Shown: positions 37,322-50,333, counted from the first letter of the whole stretch. The stretch: 63,008 bases of DNA, filler included, from Phoronis australis (GCA_002633005.1; 6 parts of 6 records of this genome joined end to end with filler, not necessarily neighbours in it); one strand, 5' to 3'. Translations and numbers: made by a program. Notes: a model not told the origin generated them from the letters alone.

Positions 37322-40300
37322 TGCCATTGCCATTGATGACGTCAAACTCTATTCTGGACATTGTAAGTACTGCATGATGTACCACTGCTGTGTATCTGCA
37401 AATTGATTATGAAACGGGATAAAGTACCCGTAAATTGCCGTTTCAGCTTCGGAACCTCAGTGAGCGTTCACCATTGAACACCCAAATCACGTGTTATTGT
37501 TTTTTTCGGTAGGCCAGGGTGCGTTCAAATAAACGCATGACACTCGCGATACACAACTCTAGTGAGAATTCTTCGCTTATGGGATGGAAAAAGTAAATTC
37601 TATGCCATGTCCAGCAAACACTTCGGAAGGCAGCCAAGATCTCCAATGTTATACGTTGCTTGTAGGTAACCTGGTTTCATTGAAGGCCCTATCCTGCTAC
37701 TTCGGTGACATGAGATGGCCGTACTGCAGGTACACGTCGACTCTATCTAGCTGGATCATAGATCACGTTAGTCCCTTCCCTGGAACAGACCCGCAGCACA
37801 CGCAAGGTAAATGAAACTATGGTGAGTCAGATGGGTTGAACCCTCTGAAATCAATTAAACATTATCATTGAATACGTAAAGATTAGTCATTTGCCTATGG
37901 CCACTCCTGGCGTGCGGTGCGTTGGCTTGGTTGGGGAAAGGTAAACGCTTGCAAGATAGCTTACGGAATCGTTGTACGGTATCAATAGATATCTGTGGAT
38001 TTGCTAACTTCACAGTAGCCTACACAAGAAAGTACTATGACACATATTACCCATATTTCAGTTGTGCCGGTATCTTTAGTTTTCGGCAGAATAATAAGGC
38101 GGGCGAGAACTAAACTAAAGTGACTGTGAAGTGTCATACCAGATCTCACTCTAGTCCCCTCCTAACAAAAAACCATGCTTCGGCAATCATTATGTATACT
38201 ATTACTGGTTTCTAGGATGGTTCACAAAAGTAGACGCCAGCAGTCAGCCTATTAATTCTACCATCCGCCTGGTGTCGCCCGAAGTAGTTTCAAACAAAGA
38301 CATCTACTGCCTCTCGTTCGATTATTATTTTAAGTCCTATGGCATCGCGGAGCTTCAATTTCTGCTAAAAGATGGAAATTTGAAGACCGATATCGTTTTA
38401 TGGCGGCGACGTAACAGGCAGTCTAATTCAACGTGTGCACAAAACAGATGGACATCCGTTAAAGTAAACATTCCTTCCTTCAATGACGGTTCTCAGGTGA
38501 GAATACATGCTTTTAGGTTCAAGTAAGTTGTTTGCCAATGCCACAAAATCGAAATAAGATCTTGAAGGGACAATAAGCGCTTACTATCTGTCAAACACAA
38601 ACTTCGATTTAAACCACTTAGTGTTACAAAATCATTTCCACTTAGTTCCACTTAGTTCCCTATTACCATGTGATTTCGGAGCTTGACATGTTTTTGTTGC
38701 TTCAAACCATGAATACTAGGTTGTTCGTCACCGTGAGTTGGTTTCATTTGAGAAGACAAGATGGCCGTCAAGAAGATTTCCGGCTATTTATTGAAAAATT
38801 TCAGCACAAACAATATGTGTAACAACGCAATCAAAGTGTTTTGGCAGGACATATACGCCTGTAGAAAAAGTTGAGGATGGTTTTACAGCGGCTTTAATCA
38901 GTAAAAGTGCATCCTATGTAATGTCACATGAAACATAGAATAACCAAGACGTGTTTCACCTGTTTTTGCTTAAAGCCACAACGACCTTGTTTTGACAAAT
39001 CCCTGCATTGTCAGCATCGTTAGACCTTCCCTTACAGCACTGCATATCACAACTGTGAATTCCAAAAAAACCCGATAAAGTAGAAGAAAACAAATTTCAA
39101 GGAAGTTTCTTAACTCCACGGACATAGATGTGACGTATGAACGTACCCATCGCCAGTGTGTCATCACCACCAACACGCGAGTTTCTTGTACAAACTTGTT
39201 CTATGTCCGCGCTTCCCCACTGTCCCGCGAGAATGTGAAAACAGCCATAGCTTGGTCTAGGTTGTGAAAACCGCCACAAACGCAACGCCTCGCCATTCCT
39301 TCTTATACCATAAACGAATGTTCACTAACTGGGTAAAGCTGTTAACCAGACAGTTTTTGTCGGTGGTCCGACTGCAGTTGCTTATTACCCCCTCTGTAGT
39401 ATATGTATTGTACTGCAATAGCACCGTTTATAATCTGAGTTGTCTAGCAGCAGTTTCAAGATGTAGGCTACGTGTACACGTACATGTATGCAGAAAATTG
39501 CGTTTACATGACGCTTGCATGAAAGCCATTCATTTTGTCCTCTCATAATTGCCTGTCTCTTTTGACATTGCAAACCTTTTTACAAGACACGAAACAGTAG
39601 GTTGTTATCCCCCACGCATTAGTTCGGGCGTGCGTCCCCTAAATTTATCGAGCAATTCTCCACGTTGTAGGCGATATTCCAAGCACTCACTGGCACTTCA
39701 CAAAATGGCGAAGTTGGGCTTGACAACATTTTATTCAACCTAGGAAAATGTAAGTAAATGAGAATTTTACCCACGTTATGATCACATTGTCGTTTTCACT
39801 AATTGACACCGGTGGCTTTAATTTCAAAAAACTATGCGCAAGATAATGCTGTTCCAACAGCTTTACCGTGGTTATACATCCTCGCTCGAATTCACGCAAT
39901 GGTCTTCCGGTGAACAAGTAGGGTTTAAAACAAATTACTAAGAAACGATGCTAAGTATCAAACTACAACTAATTTTTGAGAGAATTTGATCATGATGTCA
40001 CCTCAGCACAGTCTCCGTGAGGACATATACCAGTCTTTTTATACCATGTAACAATGCCTTTTAATAAGTTGTTTGTTTTAATTCTCATGGCATGTCCAAT
40101 TGTCATCTGCTATGTGATACTGGCTATCATTAATTGGTGAAATATGTGTCCTGTGATGTAAATGTCTGATTATAAAAGCTTTTTTGCCTATATTGGCCTT
40201 ATTAAATCTATCTTCAAAATTCTTAACTATTGTTTTAAAAGCTAGTGGTATAATGCAACTGCTTTGTTGTGTTTTAGGTGCAGATTACGGATGTAATTTT

Positions 40301-40418
40301 GACAGTGGTCTATGTGGCTATCGGCAGAATATTTTTGGAAAAGGCAATCGGAAGTGGCTTGTTAGTTCGCACAACACGAGCTCAAACATTAATCTTCAAG
40401 ACCACACGACTGGAAACG
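37322..40418 (+). CDS. Tandem MAM-domain protein, internal exons 37322-37362, 37666-37806, 38216-38496, 39671-39749, 40278-40418 (partial gene)
   Basis: Spliced product: AIAIDDVKLYSGHC-NLVSLKALSCYFGD...-GWFTKVDASS...RLVSP..YCLSFDYY...LW...W..-AIFQALTGTSQNGEVGLDNILFNLGKC-ADYGCNFDSGLCGY...QDHTTGNG. These are canonical MAM motifs (CxFD..CG, DHT, LxSP, CLxFxY, IAIDDV). Phases 1,1,0,1 are consistent. Confidence 0.88.
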
Positions 40419-40666
40419 GTGTGTACATCTTTTTCACTGCTTCGAAAGTCGTGTTATCATAATGACTACATGTCCATTCTTTAACTCTTATTTCTCAAGC
40501 GGTGGGCTACAGTTAGGTGCATGAATCTAAAACAAAGTTCATACACGTGCGCATGCATTCATGACATTCCAACCTCCCACTTGTTAGCATACTTGAGTAG
40601 TTCACTTGTGACTCCCCCAGCCCGGCAAGCAGAAATTAGACGGCTTCGATCAATTTTGGTTCATGA

Positions 40667-40977
40667 TTGGTCATAATCACGAGGGCACAGACTGGTCATA
40701 GCCACGAGGGCACAGACTGGTCATAACCACGAGANGGAGGGCACAGATTGGTCATAAGCACGAGGGCACAGGTTCGTCATAAGCACTAGGGCACAGATTG
40801 GTCATAACCACGAGGGCACAGATTGGTCATAACCACGAGGGTACAGATTGGTCATAACCACGAGGGTACAGATTGGTTATGACCACGAGGGTACAGATTC
40901 GTCATAACCACGAGGGTACGGATTCGTCATAACCACGAGGGTACATATTGGGCATAAGCACGAGGGTACAGATTGGT
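40667..40977 (+). repeat. Minisatellite, 25-bp unit, about 12 copies
   Basis: TTGGTCATAACCACGAGGG(C/T)ACAGA repeated head-to-tail. Confidence 0.95.
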
Positions 40978-41698
40978 CCCCTCTTCACAATAACTCTCCT
41001 TTACTTTGGTCTCTATGCCGATGTGTCGATCTTGCAAATCTCTTACTAGCGATTTTGTGCAGTAACATGACGTCAATAGAACATTGAAGGAACGCGTGAC
41101 GTCACCTTACTGGAAAAGTGTAGGGAATATCACCATCTCAGTTTAAGCTTTTGCCTGTTCTGTCTGGGTAGTTACATTTGGTTGAAAACTGTAAATGGTA
41201 GTTCACCAGTTAAACAATGGTTCAGAATGTATGTGGTTATAGCTTTCCTACAATATATTTTGCACTTTTTGAGGTTTATGACAATGTATAATAATTTTTA
41301 TAACACAAAACCTAGCTAAACAAGCACTTATTTTGGGAAATAATTGAGGAATTCCATATGCTAAAAATATTATTTTTAGTTTCCCGCCACGTGATGTCAT
41401 CAGTGGTAGTAAACACCCAAGGTGGTACCAAACATTAAGAACTAAGAAATAAATTCATGGAAACTTGAATGATCAGACCAGCTGAGAAGCGGAGACCAAT
41501 GAATAAAATGTCAGAATCAATGTAAACTGAAGTAAGCACCCAAGGTTTACCAGATAGACAGAGAAGTCGGAATGGGGACGACTTTATGGAAGAAGTAAAC
41601 AGAGTGTAACTGAAGTAAATACCAACGGTGTTACCAGATAGAACCATAAGTGATAGTAATAACGTATTGTGAAGTTAACGGTAGAATCCGTTGTGGAA

Positions 41699-41795
41699 TA
41701 AAGCATAAAAATATTTCCAGGTGATCAGTGCAATGGGCCCACATGCGAGGCCTGCGCACGTCTGGTACAACGTGTGTCAGACCGCCTGCAACTAT
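41699..41795 (-). repeat. Dispersed repeat of about 95 bp (inverted copy of 13503-13597)
   Basis: Reverse-complement match with few mismatches. Confidence 0.85.
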
Positions 41796-42056
41796 TTTAT
41801 ATATGTGGAGTGGGGACCGGTAGAAAGGACAGTAAGGCAATAAATGGAATAATGACATTATAAAAGTAATGGATAAAGGGGAGGAATGTGGCGGGAGTGA
41901 ATTATGAGTGGAGACCAAGGCGGAGGAGGTAGCCGGAAGGAAAAGAGACACTGGGAACTTGCTTGCGGATGCCTGAAGGATGAAAACGGATGAGGTTACA
42001 TGGTCGGCGCAGCACTGAGGGATATTGTCCCCCCAGCCCCTTATGGTGCGCCCCCC

Positions 42057-42156
42057 NNNNNNNNNNNNNNNNNNNNNNNNNNNNNNNNNNNNNNNNNNNN
42101 TTAATTAATTAANNNNNNNNNNNNNNNNNNNNNNNNNNNNNNNNNNNNNNNNNNNN
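42057..42156. other. Artificial contig spacer
   Basis: N44-TTAATTAATTAA-N44. Confidence 0.97.
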
Positions 42157-45107
42157 AGACAGCCCGTCAAGAACCAAACTATACAATCTAACACTGAGAT
42201 TATGTGTTTTAAGTTGAATTTACAGAACGAGTACAGGCTGAAATCACAACTGTTTAGTACCCTTTTAAAAGTTTTCGGACTATTGCGTGAATGACTTCGT
42301 ATTCTATGAACTTTCGGCCCACTTGGTTTTTCAGAATGTCGTCAACATTTTAAGGCGATGTACCTATTGCTAGTCTCTGAATTCCCTACTTTAAATGATC
42401 AACCCATAGACATCACATAGACCGGGCGCGCGCATCTCTGATACATGCAGCTCGCGCTGTCAGTAGGATGTCACACTGGAGAGTGTTACACAGGACAAAA
42501 AAAGCGGAAAACACTAGGAGGCCTACGGCATCAGTCAGAAAATCAGCGGGCTCGCAGTGTTATACTTGCACCCAAAGAGTTAAGTTTTTTGGTCCTGCCA
42601 TTGAGTCATGGGTTTTTTTGGTTCGGCCATGGAGTTTAGTCAGTGCTGCTGCCACTAGGTTTTTATGTTCTGCCACCATAAAAGCGTAGCGACTATGCGT
42701 CGTTTCCACATCAGTCTTGGTGATTGAGACCATGTAAGATCAATTAAAAGATAATTATTGACCAGCATATGCTGTTATCCAATGATGATGCTGTTTGCTA
42801 ATTATATTTAAGTAAATATTCAGTGTCAATGACAATCATATATATTTTTACTTGTTCTGAAAAATAACATCCCGAACTTACCCGACAGCCATCAAAAGTA
42901 CATCTAAGTGAATAATATATTCTCTGTTGAAATATATACTGCTTTAAAAACTCATTTCTTAATAAGTATTCCAAAGTCAGATTTCTTCTGTTGTATTAAA
43001 ACAAACATATCCCTGCAAAATCTGTTCTTACGTTAAAGTTGATATTGGAAATTTTGTGGATTTGCACTGCTTGCTTACGAGCTCCTTGTTTTGTGACTCA
43101 AAACTTGCGCAAAAATAAAGTGCATAGTAACCAAAATATCAAACCTGTACGACTGAATTGCGCGTCCGACCTATACCCAAAATACAGAATTTCCCACTCG
43201 AAACCGAGTATATATACCCAACCGAGCCGGTGCAGCATTAAATAATGACACCGTGAAAAATGACCCAGGCTAGTTTTTCACAGGGTCTAAATTTAGTGAA
43301 GAATATTCAGCCCATGAAAAAATGACCCCACGTCCATGAAAACCTGTCCCGTCATTATTCAACGGTTCCCCCGCAACAGGGGGTTGGGATAAGCAGACAG
43401 CGTGCGTGAGAGAAGAATTTATTTTAAATTTCTCGGCGGCTGAGGGACGCGCAATACGTATATCAGATTAATGGCGGGGGTGGATAGGAACGGTTCGAAA
43501 AAATGTGTGGGATCGGGACTGATCTCTTTGTGAGCACATAATTACACGGTGTGGGTATACTACAAAACGACAACAAGTGCCTGGTGCTTGATCGGGGTGA
43601 CTTCAGATCTGTGAGAGAGGAATACCGTGTGTGAGAGAAGAATATTTGTCTGTTGGCAATCCCGAGCTACGCACAGGAGAGGAATTGAGTCTGTGTTCAT
43701 TGCTTTTTGCATTACGGAGTTCTCCCGTTTAGTCTAACTCGTTAGGTCGTATAGCACAAGTTGGGCGGATGACCGCTGTAGCCAATATCTTACACCGACG
43801 ACTGGTTAGTCCATTCTGGCAATTTAGGGTTGGAAAGTCAGCTCTCTCTAATCTCCAATAAGATCATATCTTATTGACTCACTGGACTGTAGTGTTAAAA
43901 ATACATGGACATGCTTAATCGTCCAACTATACAATCGAAGTTAAGACTATCGCACGCTCACAACAGTTGTACGTCTGGTAGTCACGGAACGGGAGAACGC
44001 CCTAATGAACTTTAAAAACCTGTCATTTATCTATAGGACTCCAATGACGTCATGTTTCACAGTAGTTCACATAAGGCTCCTCATTAAATGCGACCTGGGT
44101 CGTATTTTAATTTTACGTATATGTAGTTAACCCGGGTCATTTTCACTACTTGAACTAAGGCTTACTGGGACACAACAAAAGTACGTTCCAAGTGAGCAGC
44201 ACGTCTCCTGGATAAAATCCATTTGCATCGAGCGACACGAATTAAGTGATAAATTTGCGCGATATTACTGGTTTCCCTTGAAAAAATGAAAAAAAATATA
44301 AAACGCTCACAGTGGATAACAAGCGTGCAATTCGAGAACCTGCCACTGGTTGCGATCTTCTATTATTTTGATATTTTCCCTGTCGACTGCGTAACCTTAA
44401 ATGAAATATTTATCGTTGTCTTCCATCATTATTTTCATTCTAATCTATTCCCTCACAGTCAACATCCGAATCACCGAGTATTTACCTAGAATTAAATCAT
44501 ATTCCGCCGCTCGTAGTTATTCGATGCTGACAAACGACGATCACAATTTATACATTTAAAATCTTGTTTATAATTTTAAGTCAAGTTTCTCGAACTCTTG
44601 CTCGGTGAAATAACATGCGATTCCAATAGTCGCACAGACAAAGACTGAAATTGCGCACTAACAGACACACGACATTACTTGAGTCTTATGCTACAACAGC
44701 ACGTTTACATCAAATTTTTGCATTTTCAATGAGTTGAAATTTTGAACATCCGCATGACGGAATATGTTGCATGCTTCGATTTATGCGGATTTACAAAATG
44801 TCACTAACCAGACGACATTTTAATATTTAGTATCTTCTCTTATGATGGAGCCTCTGGCAACAACTGGAGCCCCATCTGGTGGTTGAGGTCAATGCTCTTG
44901 ACTCCCGTTCTAAGACAGTGCCCTCTTACTCCAGCTAAGTTATCCCCTATCCGCGATGCAGCTGCGTATACGAGACATGAATCGCTGGGTAGGCTGCGGA
45001 TGCCTATCGTTGCCATCTGTCCTGTCGTATTTAGATCAATAAGTGTCGATCATTAGCGCTCTGTTCAGCTACCAGGCAGCATTTAAGGAAACATCCCGTT
45101 GCACAGA

Positions 45108-46622
45108 ATGGTGCCAATCAGGTGGATACGTGGAGGCTGTTTCCAAATCATTGTATATATCATTGGCTGCAGCATCCCAGGACTTGTATACTTCTTTCTC
45201 AACCCGAATACATGGCAGCTGTCACTGAATATTGATGGATCTGAAACAATGGCAATACTGAAAAGAATCAAATGCGTGGACACTGGCAATCAACAGACGC
45301 TAGCACCACAAACCGAACTGACGACAACAGTGAAACAAACAACAACGATGGCGGCTTCTCGTTATTCCGTCACAAATTTATACTTGGGGTGCTGGGCTAG
45401 AAGGCGTGAAAAAGAAACACCCGTCAAGAACGTGGCAGAATGTGTCAAGCACTGTCGATCAAAAAAGCAGCCGTACGCTGGAGTTCGCTTGGCCACATTT
45501 TGTAGGTGCTTCAAAGCGGTGGGCGATGTACCTGCGCCGCGTTCCTGCACAAGTGATTGCTTCCACGATCCGCGAGGACGGTGCGGCGGCCCCGCAACTT
45601 TAAGCGTATATGCCGCTAACGAGATCATGAGTCCCAAACTTTCCACTGACCCCCGAAAAGTTCTCGTGCAAGGTTATAGGAGATCCGGAACGACGTACGT
45701 ATCCAAAATTTATGGAATGTACCCGGACTCAATGTATATTTTTGAGCCTTTTTGGCCAACAGGACATAGCCCGAACACGTATCCTGAAATAATCAAAGAT
45801 CTACTAACTTGTAACATGTCTGTTTTGGCACAAGCTGTACTCGTGAATCAGGCTAAGTGGGCAAGACGACTCGACGCCCAAAAGTCACTCATGCATTTTT
45901 ACAAGTGCATGGGTAACGATAACCGGCCACACGCCTATGTTAACTGTATCAGTCTCGCCAAAATAGCTTGTGAACGAGCGACCTTGCGCGTGCTGAAAGT
46001 AGTCCGAATAGCAATGCGCGACGCCATGAAAATATTAGAAGACGTCCCCGATATGAAGATAGTCCATGTTGTTAGAGACCCGCGAGGTACGCACCAATCC
46101 AGAGAGACTATTGCAGGAGAGTACAAACATATAAACATCTCAAGTGTATGTAATGATATAGTCGATGATTATAAATCTTCAGCAATTTTATCAAAGAAAG
46201 TTTTAATGAGATTGAACTACGAAACTGTCGCAGAGCAACCAGTTGCAACCACTAAAGATTTATACGAATTTATAAATTTGACACCGCACAAATATGCTCT
46301 AAGGTATGTTGTGCATGCTACAGGCCTTAAGCTTAATTGTGATACTCCAAACAAAGATGAAAAATCATTGCTAAACCCGCCTAAACGTAATCCGAGGTGC
46401 AGTATCAAGCCCAGAAAGTACGGCACGGAAAGAAAGAACTCGTCTGAAACTGCTTACTTATGGAAAAGGACTATCAATTTCGATACAGTTAAGTTCATAG
46501 ATCAAACATGTAGTGAAATGTACGCCAAGTTTGGATATCTGCCTACATGTATAAACACGCCCGAGGAATTACGCGACCCACTCATGCGACACAGGGTTAA
46601 CAAGAAGAAACGCAACCGTTGA
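45108..46622 (+). CDS. Type II membrane carbohydrate sulfotransferase (CHST/Gal-GlcNAc-6-O-like) with an N-terminal WSC domain; single coding exon, about 504 aa
   Basis: Uninterrupted ORF. Contains an N-terminal hydrophobic anchor (FQIIVYIIGCSIPGLVYFF), a Thr-rich stem, and a WSC pattern (YLGCW..C..HC....YAGV....CRCF..C...C......CGG....SVY). Also the 5'-PAPS loop GYRRSGTTY, YIFEPFW, the 3'-PAPS motif KIVHVVRDPRG, YE..A..P and a C-terminal C...Y..FGY. Confidence 0.9.
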   Translation: MVPIRWIRGGCFQIIVYIIGCSIPGLVYFFLNPNTWQLSLNIDGSETMAILKRIKCVDTGNQQTLAPQTELTTTVKQTTTMAASRYSVTNLYLGCWARRREKETPVKNVAECVKHCRSKKQPYAGVRLATFCRCFKAVGDVPAPRSCTSDCFHDPRGRCGGPATLSVYAANEIMSPKLSTDPRKVLVQGYRRSGTTYVSKIYGMYPDSMYIFEPFWPTGHSPNTYPEIIKDLLTCNMSVLAQAVLVNQAKWARRLDAQKSLMHFYKCMGNDNRPHAYVNCISLAKIACERATLRVLKVVRIAMRDAMKILEDVPDMKIVHVVRDPRGTHQSRETIAGEYKHINISSVCNDIVDDYKSSAILSKKVLMRLNYETVAEQPVATTKDLYEFINLTPHKYALRYVVHATGLKLNCDTPNKDEKSLLNPPKRNPRCSIKPRKYGTERKNSSETAYLWKRTINFDTVKFIDQTCSEMYAKFGYLPTCINTPEELRDPLMRHRVNKKKRNR

Positions 46623-46849
46623 AATGAGCGGACGAAGGCCGGCCCGCCAAACCGTATGGTTTTAGAGGTAGTTATTAGCTTGCAATATATAAAACTGGGA
46701 CAAGTACTGGCACAGCCCATCCGCACATCTCAATGTCAAGGTCCATCAAAGTCTGCCAAGTCTTGTTTACAATTATAAAGGACGGCCAAAGTTGTCAATG
46801 ACTTAAGTGGCCAATATGGTGTGCTATGGTAGTCCAGCTTATCCGATAA

Positions 46850-47801
46850 TCAACTGGGGAAGGCACATCACACCCACAAACATTTGAGTCAAGTTTCATC
46901 AAAGTCTGTTTAGAAATTTAGACAGTCATCACGCGTTGATCTTGAAAAATGAAGTGAAATTGCCAACAGGGATGATGGGTTGGTTGATTCAGTCCGAAAA
47001 ACAACTGATGGTGGTGTATTACCACTACAACCTCCCCATTGCGTTAGTGGCTCATTCGTTAAGCAGTTTTGACAATACATTTCTCGTTGAAAACTAGAAA
47101 GGTCAACATGGGGTGCTACGGTTGTCAAATCTCTCCGAAAATCGACTGGGTGGTGCTTTCCCTTGACATATCCGATCTGCTGCAAGTTTCGGCAACATTT
47201 GTCAAGTAGATTCGGCAAAAATTGACTAACAACGAATTTCTCAGAAAACTACTGAAAAAGGCCAACAAGGGCGCCACGGTATTGAATTTGTCCAACAATC
47301 GACTGGTGCCAGCGTAGAAAATTCGTAATGTAGTTTCGTCAGTATAATTGACGTTTTCATTGATTTCAGTTCCACGTTGTTCCGTTTCGGATAATCCTAT
47401 GCGATGCTGACGGTCCCGCTCGACCAGACACTCAGTTGTTCACCAGACTAGATGTGAAACTAAATCATGGGGGGCAGCACTGGAAAAAGTGGGGCTATAG
47501 CCCCCGCCCCCTATGGTGCGCCGCCCATGTAAATTCGCCCGAAAATTGGCTGGTACCTCTGTTTCAAGTTTCTATAACATTCGTTTAGTCGTTTTGTTAA
47601 ACTTGACAGACTAAAACGGCTAACAGGAGGTGCCACGGAAGTCGAATCTCTCCGGAACTCGACTGCTTGTGGCGCAACCCCGGTCAACCGTGTGCCATTA
47701 ACCGGGAAAACGGACAGAGAAAAGTAACGACGGAAGGACGGAGGGATGACGAACGAGCGAGATCCTGACTATATGCTCTCACATTTTTATGGGCGCATAA
47801 A
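46850..47801 (-). mobile_element. HINE/Helentron-like element (approximate bounds) with a nested MITE of about 65 bp at 47466-47529
   Basis: Minus strand starts TTTATGCGCCCAT..GAGCATATAG followed by a degenerate (TCCG)n tract. The nested CATGGGGGGC...GCCGCCCATG element resembles 42000-42056. Confidence 0.45.
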
Positions 47802-48267
47802 ACTGCCTAAAACTAATTCAAATTGGCGTCACTAAAATGACCCGGCCGCCCCATGGCCCAAAACGGCTCCCTTCAAAGTGAGACAAGGTATGTCCAGGAA
47901 ACTATTCCACGAATTTAAAACTGAAGAAAATACCGTCTGAGGAAATTATACAATGCAATAGTTTGAAAAGCTAATAAATTTCTGTCCAAACAAAACACCT
48001 GGCTTGCACTATCATCGATTTCTTAAACCGCGGGCTTCGGGATCTAATTACCCTTATTTGTTCAAAATTGTGAAAGTAAATTAACGTAAGTAAGAAAATA
48101 AACCGTTCATTTTACATCGATCGGTGTGGGGTAGAAACATCGATACATTAGAAGAATATTTACAAACAGGTAGAGAAAAATATATACAGAGGAACTTGTA
48201 TAAATATATAAACAAACACACCGATAAACCTGCATCAGGAAAACAAGGGTCAATTAGCAAATTGGCT

Positions 48268-48610
48268 AATTACTCTGCGCGTGTAAGCGCAGAGTACTGT
48301 TGTTCCTGGGTTTTCTTCAATTTTATTCTTATTCTTATTCTTATTACTCTGCGCGTGTAAGCGCAGAGTACTGTTGTTCCTGGGTTTTCTTCAATTTTAT
48401 TCTTATTCTTCTTATTACTCTGCGCGTGTAAGCGCAGAGTACTGTTGTTCCTGGGTTTTCTTCAATTTTATTCTTATTCATATTCTTCTTATTCTTATTA
48501 CTCTGCGCGTTCAAGCGCAGAGTGCTGTTATTCCTGGGTTTTCTTCAATTTTATTCTTATTCTTATTCTTCTTATTCTTCTTATTCTTCTTATTCTTCTT
48601 ATTCTTCTTC
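48268..48610 (+). repeat. Four tandem hairpin+microsatellite heads (unit about 70-85 bp) of a HINE-like element
   Basis: TACTCTGCGC-GTGTAA-GCGCAGAGTA (10-bp stem), then CTGTTGTTCCTGGGTTTTCTTCAATT and (TTATTC/TTC)n, repeated 4 times. Confidence 0.85.
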
Positions 48611-49554
48611 CGACCAAATTTGAGGCTTAATAACTCCAAATTGGGTGCAGGTACGGTCTTTAAATTCAGCATATGACTTTCGGCAGTATATAAATTTTGA
48701 TTGGTTATATAATCATATTCCATATTGCACCGGAAGAGGTCGTTTGGTGAAAGTTCATATAATTTTCAAAATGCTACTCCTCCTTCAGTTTTAAAGCTAT
48801 CTTTTTAAAATTCGGTGCACAGGTATAAGTCAACATGACTTTTCTAAGTAATCGGGTCATCCAATCAGGTGAAATAGGTCAAAGGTCATTAGGTACAAAC
48901 TAAAATTTTGAGCTAGACACTTCAAATAGCGGATTTGCAGCGCAGACGAACTACGCATTGCGCATGTGCGAGTTACTTCCTTCGCGAAGGCTCATGGGAT
49001 AGCTTGTGGTCAGGCATGTCTTGAGCAGGCTGGATAGTGTGTGCATTTGGAGTGATTTGCAAACTAAAAACCATGTTTCATTTTTTGCTTTATAATACCA
49101 AGCAAGGCCTCTCTCTCGTTTGTAAACACAGCGTAGCTATGATCAGTGACCGTGTGACCGAGAGCACGACTGTCGCCGTGTTCAGTATTGGGGTTATCGG
49201 CGTTGATTTCGAAATCTCCTCCTATTTCAGACAAGTTGAGAGTTCTTGGGTTGCTTAACTTTTGTAGCTTTCGTCGTGGATATGCTAGAGACCTTAATTT
49301 TAAGTGAAAACTCCGTCGGAATGTTGTTCTCATCAGTCTTTTTTCCACCAGGAAAATGTTCGCTGCACATGCACACGATGGCCCCTAGGCAATTACAACG
49401 CACTGGATGCCGCAGGCATTCAGGGGCGATAGTACATCCTCACAAAAAGTTACTCATTTCAAAATACAGCAAATAAAATCAAATGAACCCGGCATACATA
49501 TAGGAACACGGAGTTATAATTAACACATACCACGACTCTGGATACAATTTAGTC

Positions 49555-49654
49555 NNNNNNNNNNNNNNNNNNNNNNNNNNNNNNNNNNNNNNNNNNNNTT
49601 AATTAATTAANNNNNNNNNNNNNNNNNNNNNNNNNNNNNNNNNNNNNNNNNNNN
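49555..49654. other. Artificial contig spacer
   Basis: N44-TTAATTAATTAA-N44. Confidence 0.97.
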
Positions 49655-50333
49655 GTTTTCTGTCTCATCCCGACCAGTTTGTCTACAACCACCCAAACGG
49701 GAAACAAATCAATAAGTTGGAAAAGCAGCAAGTTTAGGACACAATATGCCGGACAAGCAAAATTTTAATTTATCAATTGTAATTTATTTCTATTTTATAT
49801 AATTACCCAAAGGATGAAAAGTAATTTCGTGAATAATTTGAAAGTTTCCATGTCCAAACAACCATGTATAATTCAAGAACTGATGGCAATAATTCATGCA
49901 GTTCGTTTTGGTGGCAAACAACAATTGCTATAGTGGCAAGAAAAACGTCGAGACAGTTTTTTGTGTGATAATTCAATGCTCATGTCAAAACGGGAATGAC
50001 ATTCAACCAAGTTAACACTTGAAACTAAATCCATCTTTCTGAAACATCAAACCACTGAGAACCATCTATTTTGTGACTCATTTACTTAAAGTAAAACCAT
50101 TTTCTCTCATCATGTGACAAAAATCTCGAAATCATGAATCAAATTTTCAGAGATTTCCCACTCAACACATATATTATCTTCATTTACACAATTTCTTGTA
50201 AATTAAGAGCGAAAACAAACCAGAAGGTACACTTATATTTTGAGAATTTTTTAAAACATTACAATTGCCCACTAAGACCCTACAACCATGACTGCCCGTA
50301 TCTGACCACTGGTGCCACCTGTTGTTCACTCAC

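Noticed and set aside
48374-48723. Hydrophobic or Lys/Asn-rich ORFs
   Set aside because: They derive from the (TTATTC/TTC)n microsatellite of the repeat array.
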